From contig JAQGDQ010000051.1 in assembly GCA_030141605.1 (NCBI GenBank), positions 310,001-374,000 of the forward strand: 64,000 nucleotides of DNA, read 5' to 3'. Within the stretch, counting starts at the first letter, position 1. Every line of letters starts with the position of its first letter. Origin of the DNA: Tubiluchus corallicola. Its lineage: Eukaryota > Animalia > Priapulida. This document shows positions 12,001 to 26,300 of the stretch, piece by piece. Below the pieces are notes generated by a model that saw only the letters and a program-made list of their open reading frames with translations, was not told the DNA's origin and ran no database searches. Position numbers and translations under genes: made by a program.

Positions 12001-15000
12001 TAAGAGCACTATGGCTTAGAAATCTATAGTATTCTAAAATGCACTTATAATCCTAAAAAATCTGAAGTCCATCTAGAATTTGTAATGGTTATTTATATTA
12101 AAAGCAATATATATTCGACTTACTTAAAGTGTTTGTAGCAAAGCAGTTTTAAGCTGAGCTTCTGATGAATTAGACCTATTATTAGCATTGGCATTATTGT
12201 ACAATATTGCTCTAGAATATTGTAATATTGCCTTTCCAGAGTCTGTTCTTGGTTTTGATAATAAAAGTTGGCCTCCTTCCGATTGTCTCATGTTATGTTG
12301 GGTAATTTTCCTATTAAACATTTGTTTTAATTCAGCTGGCATTGAATCACATGTTTCAATCCAGTGTATCAAAAGAGTTTTTCTAAAATCTATATACTTC
12401 TCCATAGGAATTACCTTGGCCTATTTTAATCTTTCTTCTACATTGTTTATCATCTCACTCAGAATTATTTTAGCCGATTTGCTCTGTAAATTACAATTTT
12501 TTTAAATCTTTTTTGTTGCGACTGTTGCCCCGTATTATACAGCAGTATATCAAGTGGAGTAGTATAAAGGCATTATACAGCATTTTTGTTACTGTTGTGC
12601 TTAAATATGGCCTGGCTCTTTTTTCAATGATTTTTCGTGCGATTTTGCCTCTGAGTTTTGAAATATGACTATGCCAAGTAAGATGTTGATCGAGAATAAC
12701 TCCTAATAGTTTCTCCTGTTCTACTTGTTTTAGGACAGAATCTTCAATCATTATGCTTAAATTAGATTGTGTGGCACGTGCCAGCTTTTGGGCACTACAT
12801 GTTTTGGACACTGACATATTTTATTAGCATTGGCTTGCAGTTAAGATTTTTGTCTTCAATGTATGCAGTACTGTCATGTGCATACATTGCAGTTGAGCAG
12901 TAATTGATATTTTTAAGACAAATCATTAATTTGGAGCAAAAACAACAATGGGCCTAAAATTGATCTTTGCGGAACTCCTGATGTAATGAATTCGGCTGTT
13001 GACTGTTCTACTCCAATTTTAACTATTTGGCATCTATTGGATGGGTATGAATTGTACCATTTATGAGAATCACCTCTGTTGCCATACATTTATAATCTAA
13101 ACAATAATATGTCATGGTTTGTACATTACATCAAAAGCTTTTAGCAAATTCAGATTAAAACACGAGTAAAACAGCTATTATCTATATTGCCTAACCAGTC
13201 ATCAATAATACCTGCCAGGGCTGTTTTACAGCGATAGTGCTTTCAAAACCCTGAATAAAAGCTTGCAACTATCGATGTAACGAGTTAGGGTTAGCTATTA
13301 ACTCATCAGCTACTAATGCTTCCAGTTTTGTAAATTGGGGTTACTCTTGCAGTTCTCCAACTATCTGGCATGAAAACTGAATTAAAAGATCTGCTGATTG
13401 TTTGAAGTGAAAGCTTTAACATTTGAACACTTATCCCATCTAGGCTTACAGCTCTGTGAATTTTCGTAATGATTTCAGTTACATTTTGTACTGTTGCTAC
13501 AGGTAGCACAAAAACCAAATCTGGCATCTGAATATCGTGTTTGTATGGCCTAAATCATAAAGCTCTCACATTCATCATTTAGTGCATTCCCACTGTGGGA
13601 AGCTACATTAATAAAATAATTATTAAAAGCTTTAGCCATGTCACATAAGTTAACTAAAGTGTTCCTGTTAATACGTATTTGAGATGGTATTACACGTTTC
13701 CTAGTGGGTAGCAACTTTTTCAAAGTTTCCCAAAGCTTTGTTGGATTTCTTAAGGAATCATTAATAACATCTTCAAAGAAAACTTGTTTTGCTTTTCCCA
13801 CTTTCTTCATAATGTTTTTCGTCGCTTGCCTAAACAGAGTTACATACTGAGCTTCTGGATTAGTCTTAACCTTTTTGTCTGTAACTAATCCGAACTCTCA
13901 TTGCTTCTATGACGTCATCGCTCATTCACTCTGCTGTGTTATTACATTACTTTTCTTTATTGATTTATTACTTTTCTTTATGGCATTAAAATCATTTCGT
14001 GGTCACTTAACCTGGTTGTAACAATCCTGTGTTGGCATGCATGCTGGTTATCACTAATATAGATGTGATCTATAATAGTTCTTGAATTTTTTGCAATTCT
14101 TGTAGCTTCGTTAATAACTTGAGACAAATGATAAGCATCCTCCATAAAAGAAATTTGGCTTTTTCCTTCAGGTTTACTTACATCTATGTTAAATCACCAT
14201 GTTTAGTTTAGTTTAGTTTAGTTTATTCCATTTGTCATGACAAAAGGAAGTACTATGATTTCTAAATTTTCATTTACAACTTGTGATGAGTTTTTTCTAG
14301 CTTCGTCATATATTCGGCAGTACTATTTGCTGGCTTGGAAAAATTACTAATGAGAATTGGAGCACATTTTTCATGTGCTCGAATTTCGCACCAAATGTTT
14401 TCCAAATGTACGTGTTGAAGTCTTTCTGTGGGCATATTTGATGTAATTAGCTTGTAACACTAGCAATTATCTTCCCTTTCTTCCTGTTGACCGGTCTTGT
14501 CTGATAATATTGAAGCCATTAATTTGTATGCTGTCATCTGCAAGTCTCGCTCAAAACTAAGACATCAAACTTTTTCAAAACTGTCTCTGTTAGTAATTCT
14601 AGTTTGTTTACATTGTTGCTGAAATGATTAGATATTTAGATGAGCTATTTTCAGTCCTTTTCGTAAATATATATTAGTATATTCACTACATTCATGATAA
14701 CTATCATTTCCCACCAAATTGTCAGCTTCATCTTCTGCACTGCTATTATCAGCGAGTCTGTCATTATTATTGGAAAAGTCTAGCGGAACTGGTGAACGTA
14801 AATCAGGCATCTCAAAACTGCTATCATCAGCGAAATCGCGACTATAAGCAGTGTGACATTCCGTATGTGAACCTAGATTTGGGGGTGGTGTATAAGGGCT
14901 GCTTGTTAGGTTTCCCCATCTGCTGTTGGGGAATCAGCCAATCCATTCGAAAGAAAAGCCACGAAGCAACAGAAACATTATCACTAGAAGATGTGTTAGG

Positions 15001-17297
15001 CTCAGTTCCTGGTCTTGGATTAAGTTGGCAGTCTCCTACCACTATTATCAGCATGTTAATTAGATGAAGAGAACTGAAATCATTCTTGATTCATAAAAAT
15101 TGTAAAGTGTTTTTGTATCCAGAGGTAGTTAGTACTTTAAGCAGGTAGAACGTGTAGGTACAATATATATAGTTTTGAGTGATACTGTGTGGATTGTGGA
15201 TTATATGCCTCGGTGACACTAGTGTGTTCTTCAAAAGATCCCATTCACGTAATTTCTAAGGCGACAATGCAGACAAACAGCAAAGCATCGTTATTATTAG
15301 GTAAAAACTGGCCATCTTCCATACAGTGATTAACTCTCACTATTCTACCTGCCTTTTGAACAAGTGATAACAAAGCCGTGTTAATGAGGCAAAACTTATG
15401 CCGTCTAGTTTTGGCTTTTTAAGCCTGTAAACTCTTCTTGGTTTTTATCAAATAATTTTAAATCATTGCAATGCAAAATTGTATCTTTCGTCACTTAGCT
15501 CAGCAGATATTTGCATTTATGTTGGTATAAATATCATGCATATAGCATCAAAATTAACACTAAAAAACCCTCCACATTTGGGAGCACTTTAAATACACTA
15601 CTAAGTTACTAACTGATACATACAACTCGACATTTCTTATTCAGTTTGTTTTTCTAAACCTCCATAATTTATTTGAAATGAACAAATAATAGATAAATGA
15701 ACTGTAATGAACTAAAGTAATAACATTTCAGAACAATGAATATATACTGAACAGAAAATACAGCAATGGCCTCATGGTAATTTCATTTTGTATCTTATTT
15801 AAAGGTTCTGCTGTTCAAGATAGTCCTGAGAAACTTAATGGGTTTACCCAGATAGTAGGTAAGTATTATTTTCTGAATTGTAACATGTTCTTGTTTTTTG
15901 CTAAACTTTGCAAGAATTTTATTTATTTGTTATTTAGAGTTTATCAATTTAGACTAAAACATTTTTGTAGATTAAATTATCGCAGAAATATGATTTTCTT
16001 AGTATTTAGGATAATCATATGTTATGCTAAAACTAGAAAAGCTGTCAAATAGGCCCAGTGCAATGATAATTACACCACTGCTGTGAGTGAAAGCAAATTG
16101 AGGATTCAGTGACATTAAAATAGCTGAGAAGCATAGGGTCTAGCTATTTTCATGAAATATGTGGTTTAATAATTTTTTCAGTTTGGTGCAGAAATTTTTT
16201 GGTGGTTTTCTTGAATTTTTATCAGCAAAGTTTGTTTGGTTAAAATTTATTAGCTTTTAATGAATGTATCTACTGTACAGTTGTATTAAATACCATTAAA
16301 TGAAGCATTGGAAACTCCATATTTAACAGAAAATAATAATTGTGTTAATAGTAAAATCTATTCAGGTGGCCTAGAGACTGGCATTATCAACACCTGAGCC
16401 ATCATAAGTGTTTGTCCTACCATTTAAAAAATATACCAAGTTGTTTACAGACTTGTTTAATGTATACCAACTTATTTAGCATTTTTAAGTGTTTAAAAGC
16501 AGGTATTTTTACTTGGGTATTTTAAGTAAATAATTCTTGTTATTTTATATTACTTGTTATATTATATTAAGGTGAAGTTTCAGTTCGTGAAGATGTGAAA
16601 TGTCCTCAGTTGGATTTTATTTCGAATGGTGAAGCAGTATTTCTTGATGGTGGAACACAGCAAGGAGATCGGGTGCAGTATGTGTGTAATGATAACTTTA
16701 AGCTGAAAGGAAATTCTGTGAGGTTTTGTTTATTTACTGGCCAATGGAGTGGATCTCAGCCAATTTGTGGTAAGAAATGACCTAGTTATCATGATTGTCT
16801 TCGTAGTGAATAATTATAATTAACCGAGCCTGCTGATTAATTAAAGTAGCTGCTTTCCCGTCTGGGAGATTGTTGGTTTGATACTCTTACTAGTGACTAT
16901 GAAAGCTATACAAAATGTGTGTTGTTTCTCTGCTTGATGCATGAAGTTAATATTAAAAAACAGATTCATAGTAAATATTTTTATTTACATAATTTATGTT
17001 AGTTTGTTGTAGTTTGTTTTTAGTTCTTTCATTTGCATTTCGCATAATGAGCAATCACTTGACATACTTGCAATAATGAAAATTTTTAAGTAAAATTTCA
17101 ATTTGTCTTGTTAAAAGTAAATTACTTCTTTTTATGTATTATAGTATTTTATTACAGTACTTAAGAGACCAAATTTCTTGGTATCATCTTCCATGAAAAT
17201 TTGGATGTACATTAACATGATTAGTCTTAAACTATCAAAAAATGATGGTATTATTTCCCACATCAAGTACAGTCTTTCAAAGGTTCATTTCATAACG

Positions 17298-17347
<50 letters not shown>

Positions 17348-20300
17348 TTAGTTCTGCTCTATTTAAATTTTGCTTGTATTCTTCGGGCTCCACTTACCCC
17401 TCAAATTTAAATCCATTTTGTACACTGCAACGAAAATTCTTGCATAATTTTTACCGTCTTTCTAGTTTTTCTTCAATTTCTAAACAACACTTTAAAGATA
17501 GGAATCCATTAACAATTGATGATCTTGTTAAGTACAATGTTGCGGTATTTATGCAGAAACCCACTTTAATTTGTTTCTGCAATTTTTCATAAATCCTATG
17601 AACAAAAATATTAAGCATAATACAAGGTATAATGAATAATATGTGAGATATTGCAGAACCAACAATGCTAAACATTTTATTTCTTTTATAGGTCCCAATG
17701 TTTGGAATTCTGTTTTTTTTTGTAAATCAGAACAGTATCATGTCAACCTAGATTTAAGAAGGAGATGAAAACATGTCTCTTAAATACATATTAGGTGGAT
17801 TTGGTCTTCAACTTTTCTTGCTAATATTGTGTTCACCACGTTGGTTGCCACTCACAGTCCGTCCCTGTATACATAAATGGCTTATCATGCTATAGCCATT
17901 TCATTGCATTTTCAGCATTATCACCTCATCGTTTTTCTAATTTATAATTTTTTGCTTTTTTCTTCTCTTCTACTTACATACTTACACTACTTACTTACAT
18001 CCTAATTTTACCTTTATGTCATCTCTTTTCATTGCACATCTCTTTTATCCTGCCCCTAACACCTAACAACACACCATGCAATGCAGCTGGGCTTTCCAAG
18101 TTTTAGCTTTTAGCTCAGCTGCAAGCAGTTACATCATTTGTTCACTAATAATTGACAAGTAATTGCAGTAATTTTTGTTTTCAGTTTGTATAATTGTATG
18201 TAGTGTATCTTATTATGTAATTGTAATGGTGTTTTTGTCTAATAAACAAAAAATAAACAAAATTTTTATTATTATGGTTACTAATATTATTACTATGATT
18301 ATTCTACTGAAATGGGCTTTATTGTATTGTTTTAATATGTTGAGAAGTTTGTTAGAGCTTTTAGCAATTTTTTTTTACTTTACAGAGCATGTTGTTCAAA
18401 ATGATGGTTCAATTTTCTCTGTACCTGACAAAACATTGGCTTCACCTGTAGACTCTAGCTTCAGAAATCTTCCTAGTTTTGTACCTAATGAAGGTCAGGT
18501 TTTTATAGTTATTTATTCTAAGTTAGTCAGCTCAGCGGTTTTTACCCTGTAGTTATCAGCATATTAACTTCCAGTGTATAGAAAATACAGGTTTTTACCA
18601 AGAAGGTTTTGTCAAGACATAGTTATTTCTAGGTATGGTGTAAATACTGGGAGCTAATATTACTGGAACTGCCAACTTGGCACAAGCGCAGGCAGGCCTA
18701 TCAGTCATAGCTGCAGCATGTAAATGACTAAATGTGACTGCTTCTTTTACAACTGCAAGCCAGAATTTTGCTATCACAGCCACAATAAAAATTATTTATT
18801 GCAAAGCATTGTTTGTGCTGAAAAGCTCCTGCCGGCAAGCCTTCTGTCACACGTCCAATGATGGTTCTATGGTGGAAATTATTACATAAAACAAAAGTTT
18901 TTATACTAGATGATTTTAGTGCAAGCATTATAAAAATATACAATGATGTTGATATTCATGCAAATATTTCAAATTTTTTATGGATGGTTTCTTCTGCTTA
19001 CATATTTTTTATCATTTAAAATTTTTCTCTGACTCTGTGCACTAACGAACAAATCGTTTCAGTCAACATTATGTATTTTATCTGTTATCCTGACAAGATG
19101 TTTTTGCGATCATAACTGGTGTGAATTACACTTCTTTAAAACGTGGATTGTTTGTCGATTAGTTTGTTACATTCATTACGTAATGTGTATCACCAGTGTT
19201 TCTGAAAATAGAGATTTAAAATGGTTTGGCTTTGTTGATAGATGGCTTAAAATGCTGTAAACGCTTCCAGTGTAATGATTACTTGAGATGCAGCAGCGTG
19301 TCTCTTTTTATTTTAAATAACAAGTTATACATAAATATTTTACAGAAACTGCCATTGTTCCATTTGTCACAAATTGCAATGGAATGTGGTCCATGCCTCC
19401 AGAATGTAGAAATGAAGAATGTCAGTATAAAATCACTTGGTGGTTTGATGAAAGTAAAGATCTCATTAGATTTACCATCAAACAGAGAATGACAGAGCCC
19501 GAATGGATGGGAGTAGGATTTTCTAGAGACAGAAATATGGTGAAATTCTTTCTAAGTTTTTTAAAGATAGCTTTTGCAAAAATCGTCACTTCTTGCTTAA
19601 TTGTTTGTACTTCCAAGTTGAGTCTTTGTTTTGTTATTTAGTTTGCATACTTTCATATATATTACTTGGATGTGACAGTTGTGTAAAAATTATTCCTATT
19701 ATTCAAAGACAAGACTTTGGTAGCAACTATTACTTCTAATCCTTTGTAATTAAGTAAGTCAGTATAAGAATATGTCAATTTTATCCGTACACAACATAAA
19801 TTTAACTAAACTTGCATTATTAAGCTAAACTTGGTAATTATAAACACTTGTACTTATAAACACGTTATACTTGGTACTTACAATAATGTTATACTTGGTA
19901 CTTATAAACACATAATACTTGATTATTTTTAGGCTCAGTCAGATGTCATTTATGGATGGTTAAATGAAAATGGTGTTTTCATCACAGATGCATTTAGTAT
20001 TAATTATCTGCCGCCGGTACTTGATGGGAATAATGATGTTATAAATGCAAGTGCGTCTCATGAAAATGGAGTGACAACATTGCGATTTTTTCGACAGAGA
20101 AACACTGGTGATGATAGTGATTTAGCTTTTACTGATGATTCATGTCTTTATTTACTCTATCCGTTTGACAGTAATACCATTCAGCCCAACGGAATTATTA
20201 AAAAACACAGGAAGACACCAGTTGCATCTGAAAGTAAAGTGTGTATGAGGTCTTGCAGATTTGCTGAATCAACATCTGACCAAAGCCAGAATTTTGAAGA

Positions 20301-23300
20301 ATCAAAACATACTTCTGGGGTAGTTCCATTTGATCCGTTTCATTCTCATGTTGGTACTCAAGAAGAGCACAGTGGTCAGCGTTTTTATCAAGACAGAATG
20401 TTGAAAGAGTTTCCACATATTGCAGAGTCTAATTACCGTCAACTTACAGGTATAGTTGAGCAAGTGTCTGGGTTTATTAAATGATGCTTTAGATTTAAAT
20501 CCAAGCATAAATTTAAATGTAGCATGTTCTTTGAAACCTATGAATTTAGCAAAGACAAAGACAAGATTTATTTACCGTCTCTCTTTTAACGTACAACTTT
20601 GCAGCAGTGGCTATTTAGCAACTTACACAGACAACAATACAGGTAAGGACGCAACACACAAATAACAAAATAACATGTAGGGTATATGTCTTGGCTTTAG
20701 CAGCCGCTAGTCTCGAACTCAAGTCTGCGTGGTTTCGGTCCGAAATCTAAACCACTCGGCCACACAACCTAGGGCAAAAAAGTTAAGAGCATAATCATAA
20801 TGAGGACTAGACACAAGTTGCTAGGCATCAGTTGCAATGTAAGGTTTGTTTGTTTTTCATCAATAATTTTGTTTAACCATATGATTACAATAAACTTCCT
20901 AGTCTGAGTCTTACATTCATAAATGACAGCATCTTATCTTTATTATTTGGCTGCAAAAATATTTTAGTGAATTTCTTGATGAAATTTTTGCTCAAACTTA
21001 TGCTATTTTATTTGTACTTGTACATGTTATTACGCAAATTTTTACTTTCATATTTTTCAATGTTATAAGCCACTAATATAATATTTTTCCTTTTGTATTT
21101 ACGATAGTTATTCTTTTTAACTTGAGGAAGGTTAAGAATATTAGGCATTGTTTTGCTTTTAGCAGATTTTGAAGCACAAGTGAAGGTAAAAATGGGCACA
21201 GAAGTGAGAGTTATTCCTAGGCACCAGTCAGTCAGTACCCTGGTACAAGCTACACAGGTTGATGGGGAGTCTCTACCTGCTTCAGGAGAACCCAACATCT
21301 CTGGCATCATTTTTGGAGCACAAATTAATGAAGGACAGTCTAACATTAAAGGTAATATTGATGCATTCATATGGTGCACTGCAAGGTACAAGTTCTCTTC
21401 CACTGGATACCTTGTCTATTTTGCTATTGCTAAACAATTACATATTGCAACTGCAAGGTACAAGTCCTCTGTAACTGGATTTCCTGTCTTCTTTAATAAA
21501 AAATTGCAAATTGCAAGTTATTTATAAAGGTACTCTTCTGCATGTGAAATCAATCCCACCAGGTTGTATAACAACCCTTACTTTATTTTTACTGTTGGGG
21601 CTACAGTATTGGAGGAAGTATAAATATTGGATTATGCAACATGAAATTAAGTTGTTTGATATACCAATATCCGTTGCTGGAAAATGTCTTGATAAATTTA
21701 AGTGTTATTATATCAACATCTGTAATTTATTGCATGTTCTTTTTTATGTCTTCTCCCTTTTTGATGTTGTTTATGCATTAGCAACGAATAATTGAATTTT
21801 GTGTGTATTTAGAATCTAATGAATACTGAATTGATCTAGGCTTGTGAAATTCTGGTTTAGGACAGTTATTATGCATTGTGTTCACCTGGGATTAAAACCA
21901 ATTTTTGTCCTTGATTATTTTTGCTTTCTTCACATTTCCACATTTTACAAAACAGAATTTGTGTTTACTTGTTTAATTTTAGCCGAGGAATCACAAAAAC
22001 CAAGTATTGGTTCTATCAGTACAGACGTACTTGCCTATGTTGGTGACATGGTTGTTCTCACATGTGTAGTACAAAATTACGATGGAACTCAGGTATAGAT
22101 TTTCTTGCAAATTCATCTAATGCGTAATATAAATTGTAATGATAATCAGTATATTGCAAAGTTAAACTTAGCAAAGTGTATTGAATTTTTTTCAATGCCT
22201 CTTCTTGGTTTTGTCTTTTAAGTTGCTGTGAAATTACTTATACTAGCTGAACTATGTTTTTGTACATTTGCAGTGTTTAGCTATTTGATTGTGTTTTATT
22301 TTCGTGCAAATGCTACTGCAAGATATTAGCTTGCATAACAAGCACATTAACTGACTCAGTGAACATTTGAATGGAGTTGTTACAAAAAGTGGCTGACAGT
22401 CATTTAGCAAGTTTTAACTGACCTGGTCCCACAAGCTATAATTTCTTAATTGTAATAAACGAGTTAGTTCTCCTGTTTAACACTAAACAGTTTTTATAGG
22501 CAACCATCATTTTCCGTTTTCCTGTGTATAACACACAGTTAGTTGAGTAAAACGCTGCACTGATGTGAGCATATGATTACAGTGGTATTTGGAGCAACTT
22601 ACTTTAGGTTAACTTTATGTTTACGTAATAATATTTTCCTGCAAAAATTGGAAATAAGCAAAAACAAAATCACACTAAATTAAGTTATTTCACAATATAT
22701 TTTTTCTTTTGCTGCCAATGAAAATAATACTTTTTTGAGATTATAATCAAAATGATTTTTACATATGGCTTAGTGTTTTTATGAGCGAATTTCTTAAGCT
22801 AGTTATTTTATGATTTTCCTACCGAAGAAGGCTTATTTCCAAAGCTCCCAGTATGTAATTTTAACCGTGGGCAAGTACAAGAGCTGCTGATTTGTTGCAC
22901 AATATTTACTGTGTTGGTGTAATACATACTTTATGTAAAATTTTTCAGCAGTAAAGTACTGCAAGTTTTTCAAAGTTCTGCATTTAATTAGTATTAAACT
23001 TTGAACAATGTGAGGCGTTATTTCTTTTTACATTAACCCAAGTGACCTATGAGCCATGAACCATGCTTTATTTCATGTTGATATTAGGTATCTTGGATGA
23101 GGCTGAAGAATAAAGACCAGGCCGAGGGTGAACTTCTGTCAATTGCTGGAGTGTTAACCTCATTTGAAAGTCGTTACAGAATACAAATCCATGGTTCAGT
23201 GAGAGAAAAACAATATGTTTTGACCATTAATAAAGTTTTTGAATCTGATTCTGGAATATATCGCTGTCACGTACGTATTTATAATTTTTTCCTTGTTGCT

Positions 23301-26300
23301 TGATCATCTTATTTTTTAGGTTTGATTTGAAAAGGTCAAATCTAATCACTTTGTGCTGTATCTGTAACATGGTATTCTGCTGCAAGAAGAGCAGCTCATT
23401 CATGCACCACAATTCTTGGCAAATGCTGCCAAATGGTAGGAAAAACTAGCTTTTCGTTTTACTTAATTAAAATTACTATTTATGCTTATTATTTACTAAG
23501 ATTAGAAAATGAATGTTAAGACTTCAGTAAATAACACTGAAAGATTAGTGAAGGATGGTGTGGATTTAACAATGGTGTATAGTGGATTTAACAATGGTGC
23601 AGGCAGTGGATTTGACAATGGTGTGGGCAGTGGATTTAGCAATGGTACATGCTATGGATTTAACAATGATGTGGGCAGTGGATTTAATAATGGTGCAGGC
23701 AGTGGATTTAGCAATGGTACGGGTCATGGATTTAACAATGGTACAGGCAGTGGATTTAAAAAGAATGGGAAGATTAAGATTCAGTATTATGAGTTTGAGT
23801 TCAGATTTTCTTAAAACAATTATATTCTAGTAGAAATTCAGGTGAAGGTTGCATTGAGGCAGATTGTTGTTTAAGGTGATTTGTATATTGTTTAACTATG
23901 ATTAAATCAGTAAACATTAAAACTTGCTTTGGCTGTGGTCGTTGGCAACATGACATGATTGCTGCATATGAACTTTTCAGTTGATTTTATACTGATTGAC
24001 TTTTAATATGTTTAAGGTGCCTACAAAACCAGCATTAACTGCTGATGTCAGAGTCCATGTAAAATCATTAAACTGGGACAGAGAGATCCCTAGAGGTCAA
24101 ATATTATCAAGTAAGAATTTATTAAACATATTTAGTGGTTAGACAAGAAAAGTGTATTGTTAACTTTTGCTGTTCTACTTGTTCTATCATGGTTCTCCTT
24201 GTTTGTACATGTTGATCATATATCCACTTGAAATAGCAGTTGAATAAAAAGATTATCAGCATTTCGGTGATTGTACTTAGAAGTGTCACTTATTAGGCAG
24301 CGCCGTTTGTATTTGTGTCAGTCCCTTTAAGTGAAATATTGTATAGATTTTGTAACAGCTGCAAGAAGTATTCTGCTTATGTTCATGCACAGGCATCCAT
24401 TTTAATTGTAGTATGTTTCAGATGTTAGCAATCCGGATAGAATAACAGAACAATTTCCTGAAGAATACACGCAACCTAGTGGTGGAAATTCTAGATTTAC
24501 TGCAAATGAAAACTTAGGTGACAAGTTTCTTGGAAAAGATCATGGTAAGTATTATAGATCTAGTTTAATCCTAAGAACACTGAGATATACAATCCTGAAA
24601 GTAGTAGAACTTGTAGTTCAAGAACAAAAGTTTTGTGCCACAATGAACATAACCTTTTTTCTGTGCATGCATGCCTTGCCACCTATTGACTAAGAAACTT
24701 AATACACCACAGTAAGTTTTAAGATTAAAAACATTTGCTACAGCAATAGCTAGAAGTAAATTGAAGTTTGAAAATAGCATCAGATTTTTACATCATAGCT
24801 GTGACTAGAAACTAAATGAAATATATTTGCTTGGCAATTATCTTAAGATAGAGAATGTGATATCATAAAGTCATGCTGTTGTGTTTATAACTGTGGGAAA
24901 AATGATAAAAGACTTTCTATCAAGGCTAGTATTTATGTAGTTTCTTTAAAGCTAAACTTTAAATCAGGAACTGAATTCTAAAAACTTGTCATCCCCAACA
25001 GTAACTCTAATTTCAACAGTTTTTCTTTATCTATTTTTTGATTCTCTGGAAATTTGCTTATTTTTATTGACATTAAATCCCTGGATTCAATAAAAAAATA
25101 ATGTTACAGTGACAATAACAATTTTACTAAAATTTGCTCTATTGATTGTGCACATGAAATTGTATAAACTGAATACAGGGCTACTTCTGCACAGTTAGAA
25201 TTATGAAAGCACAAAGACATATTGCTGATATTAGTTGTAAAAATTTGGTTTTTACAAACTAGCCACTGATAGAGTTCTATACAAGTTTGCTGCTGCAAAG
25301 TAGTAAGTAAAAATGATCTTTAATTGAAAAGGTTCTAAGCTCGAAGGTAAAGAAGAAATGGAGGTTCGTATGGGAACTGGGATCAAGGTTTTTGTTCCTA
25401 TTGATGAGACTACACCGCAAGGTAACATCATTTTTGGTACCATTTGACCAATGTTGGTTTATCAGGTCTGTTTATGTGCAATTGTAGCAAACTGCAGGCA
25501 CTTCTAATATCATAGTGAACTACTTGACTACTAGCACAGTTAATTACTTAAAAATATTACCAAAGTCATTTAGATAAAATAGTATGAATATAACACAGGA
25601 ATTTTGTATTCATTTCTTACATATTACATATTTAAAAAGTGCCAGACTTCATTATCTGGAAGAACCAGAATTATTGTTTTATGGTGGTCCAGCTTCATGA
25701 ATCATAAATGAGATCAAAGGGGTTCATTGAATAGCTAGTAATATTACATTATTAACTATACTAGCGAAATAGAAGCTAATGTTTTGGGTTACAGGATTGA
25801 GGTTACAAAAGTAATTCATCTACTAGTTTTTAAAATAGTAAATATTTTCATCTGTTAGCTATCGTGGTTGATACTTTATTGATTGATGCACTGCTGCATG
25901 AGGGTTTAATCTTGGATTTTATATTTCTTCATCATTTTGGTTATTATATTTAGCATAGCGAAAATGTAGGGAATTTGTAGCCACCTGTACTAAATGTAAT
26001 TAAATGGTATCATATTCCAGAGTTGACTAATTTAAACACTGGTGGACCTGAGCCCAGAATACTGCAGATTAGTCAAGATTCTGAAATACCATGGGGAAGC
26101 ACAGTTGAGTTACGATGTCTAATTGAGAATGCTGCTGATTTAAATGTGAGTTTATTTCATTATAATTCAAAATTTCCACTCTCTTACAGCACAAAAAGGC
26201 TTAAAATATTGCATTCTTTCCATGTGTTGTGCTGGCATTGTGCCATTGTCCTCCAAGATTTTGGAAATAGTTATCAGTGACTTTTATCATGCTTGTTTTC

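Noticed and set aside
6427-16769. Naming the gene furrowed or a selectin
   Set aside because: Only the FTP-CTL-CCP head is similar; the DOMON and Ig body does not match, so no symbol is assigned.
20695-20770. Functional tRNA gene
   Set aside because: A and B boxes are present but the cloverleaf is imperfect and it continues into a SINE-like body and tail.
21376-21540. Two to three degenerate copies of about 70 bp (CTGCAAGGTACAAGT) extending the 21153 ORF
   Set aside because: Lies after the 21351 donor; a local intronic duplication with no further structure.
23560-23760. CRISPR-like array
   Set aside because: Units are contiguous with no unique spacers, in a spliceosomal intron of an animal gene.
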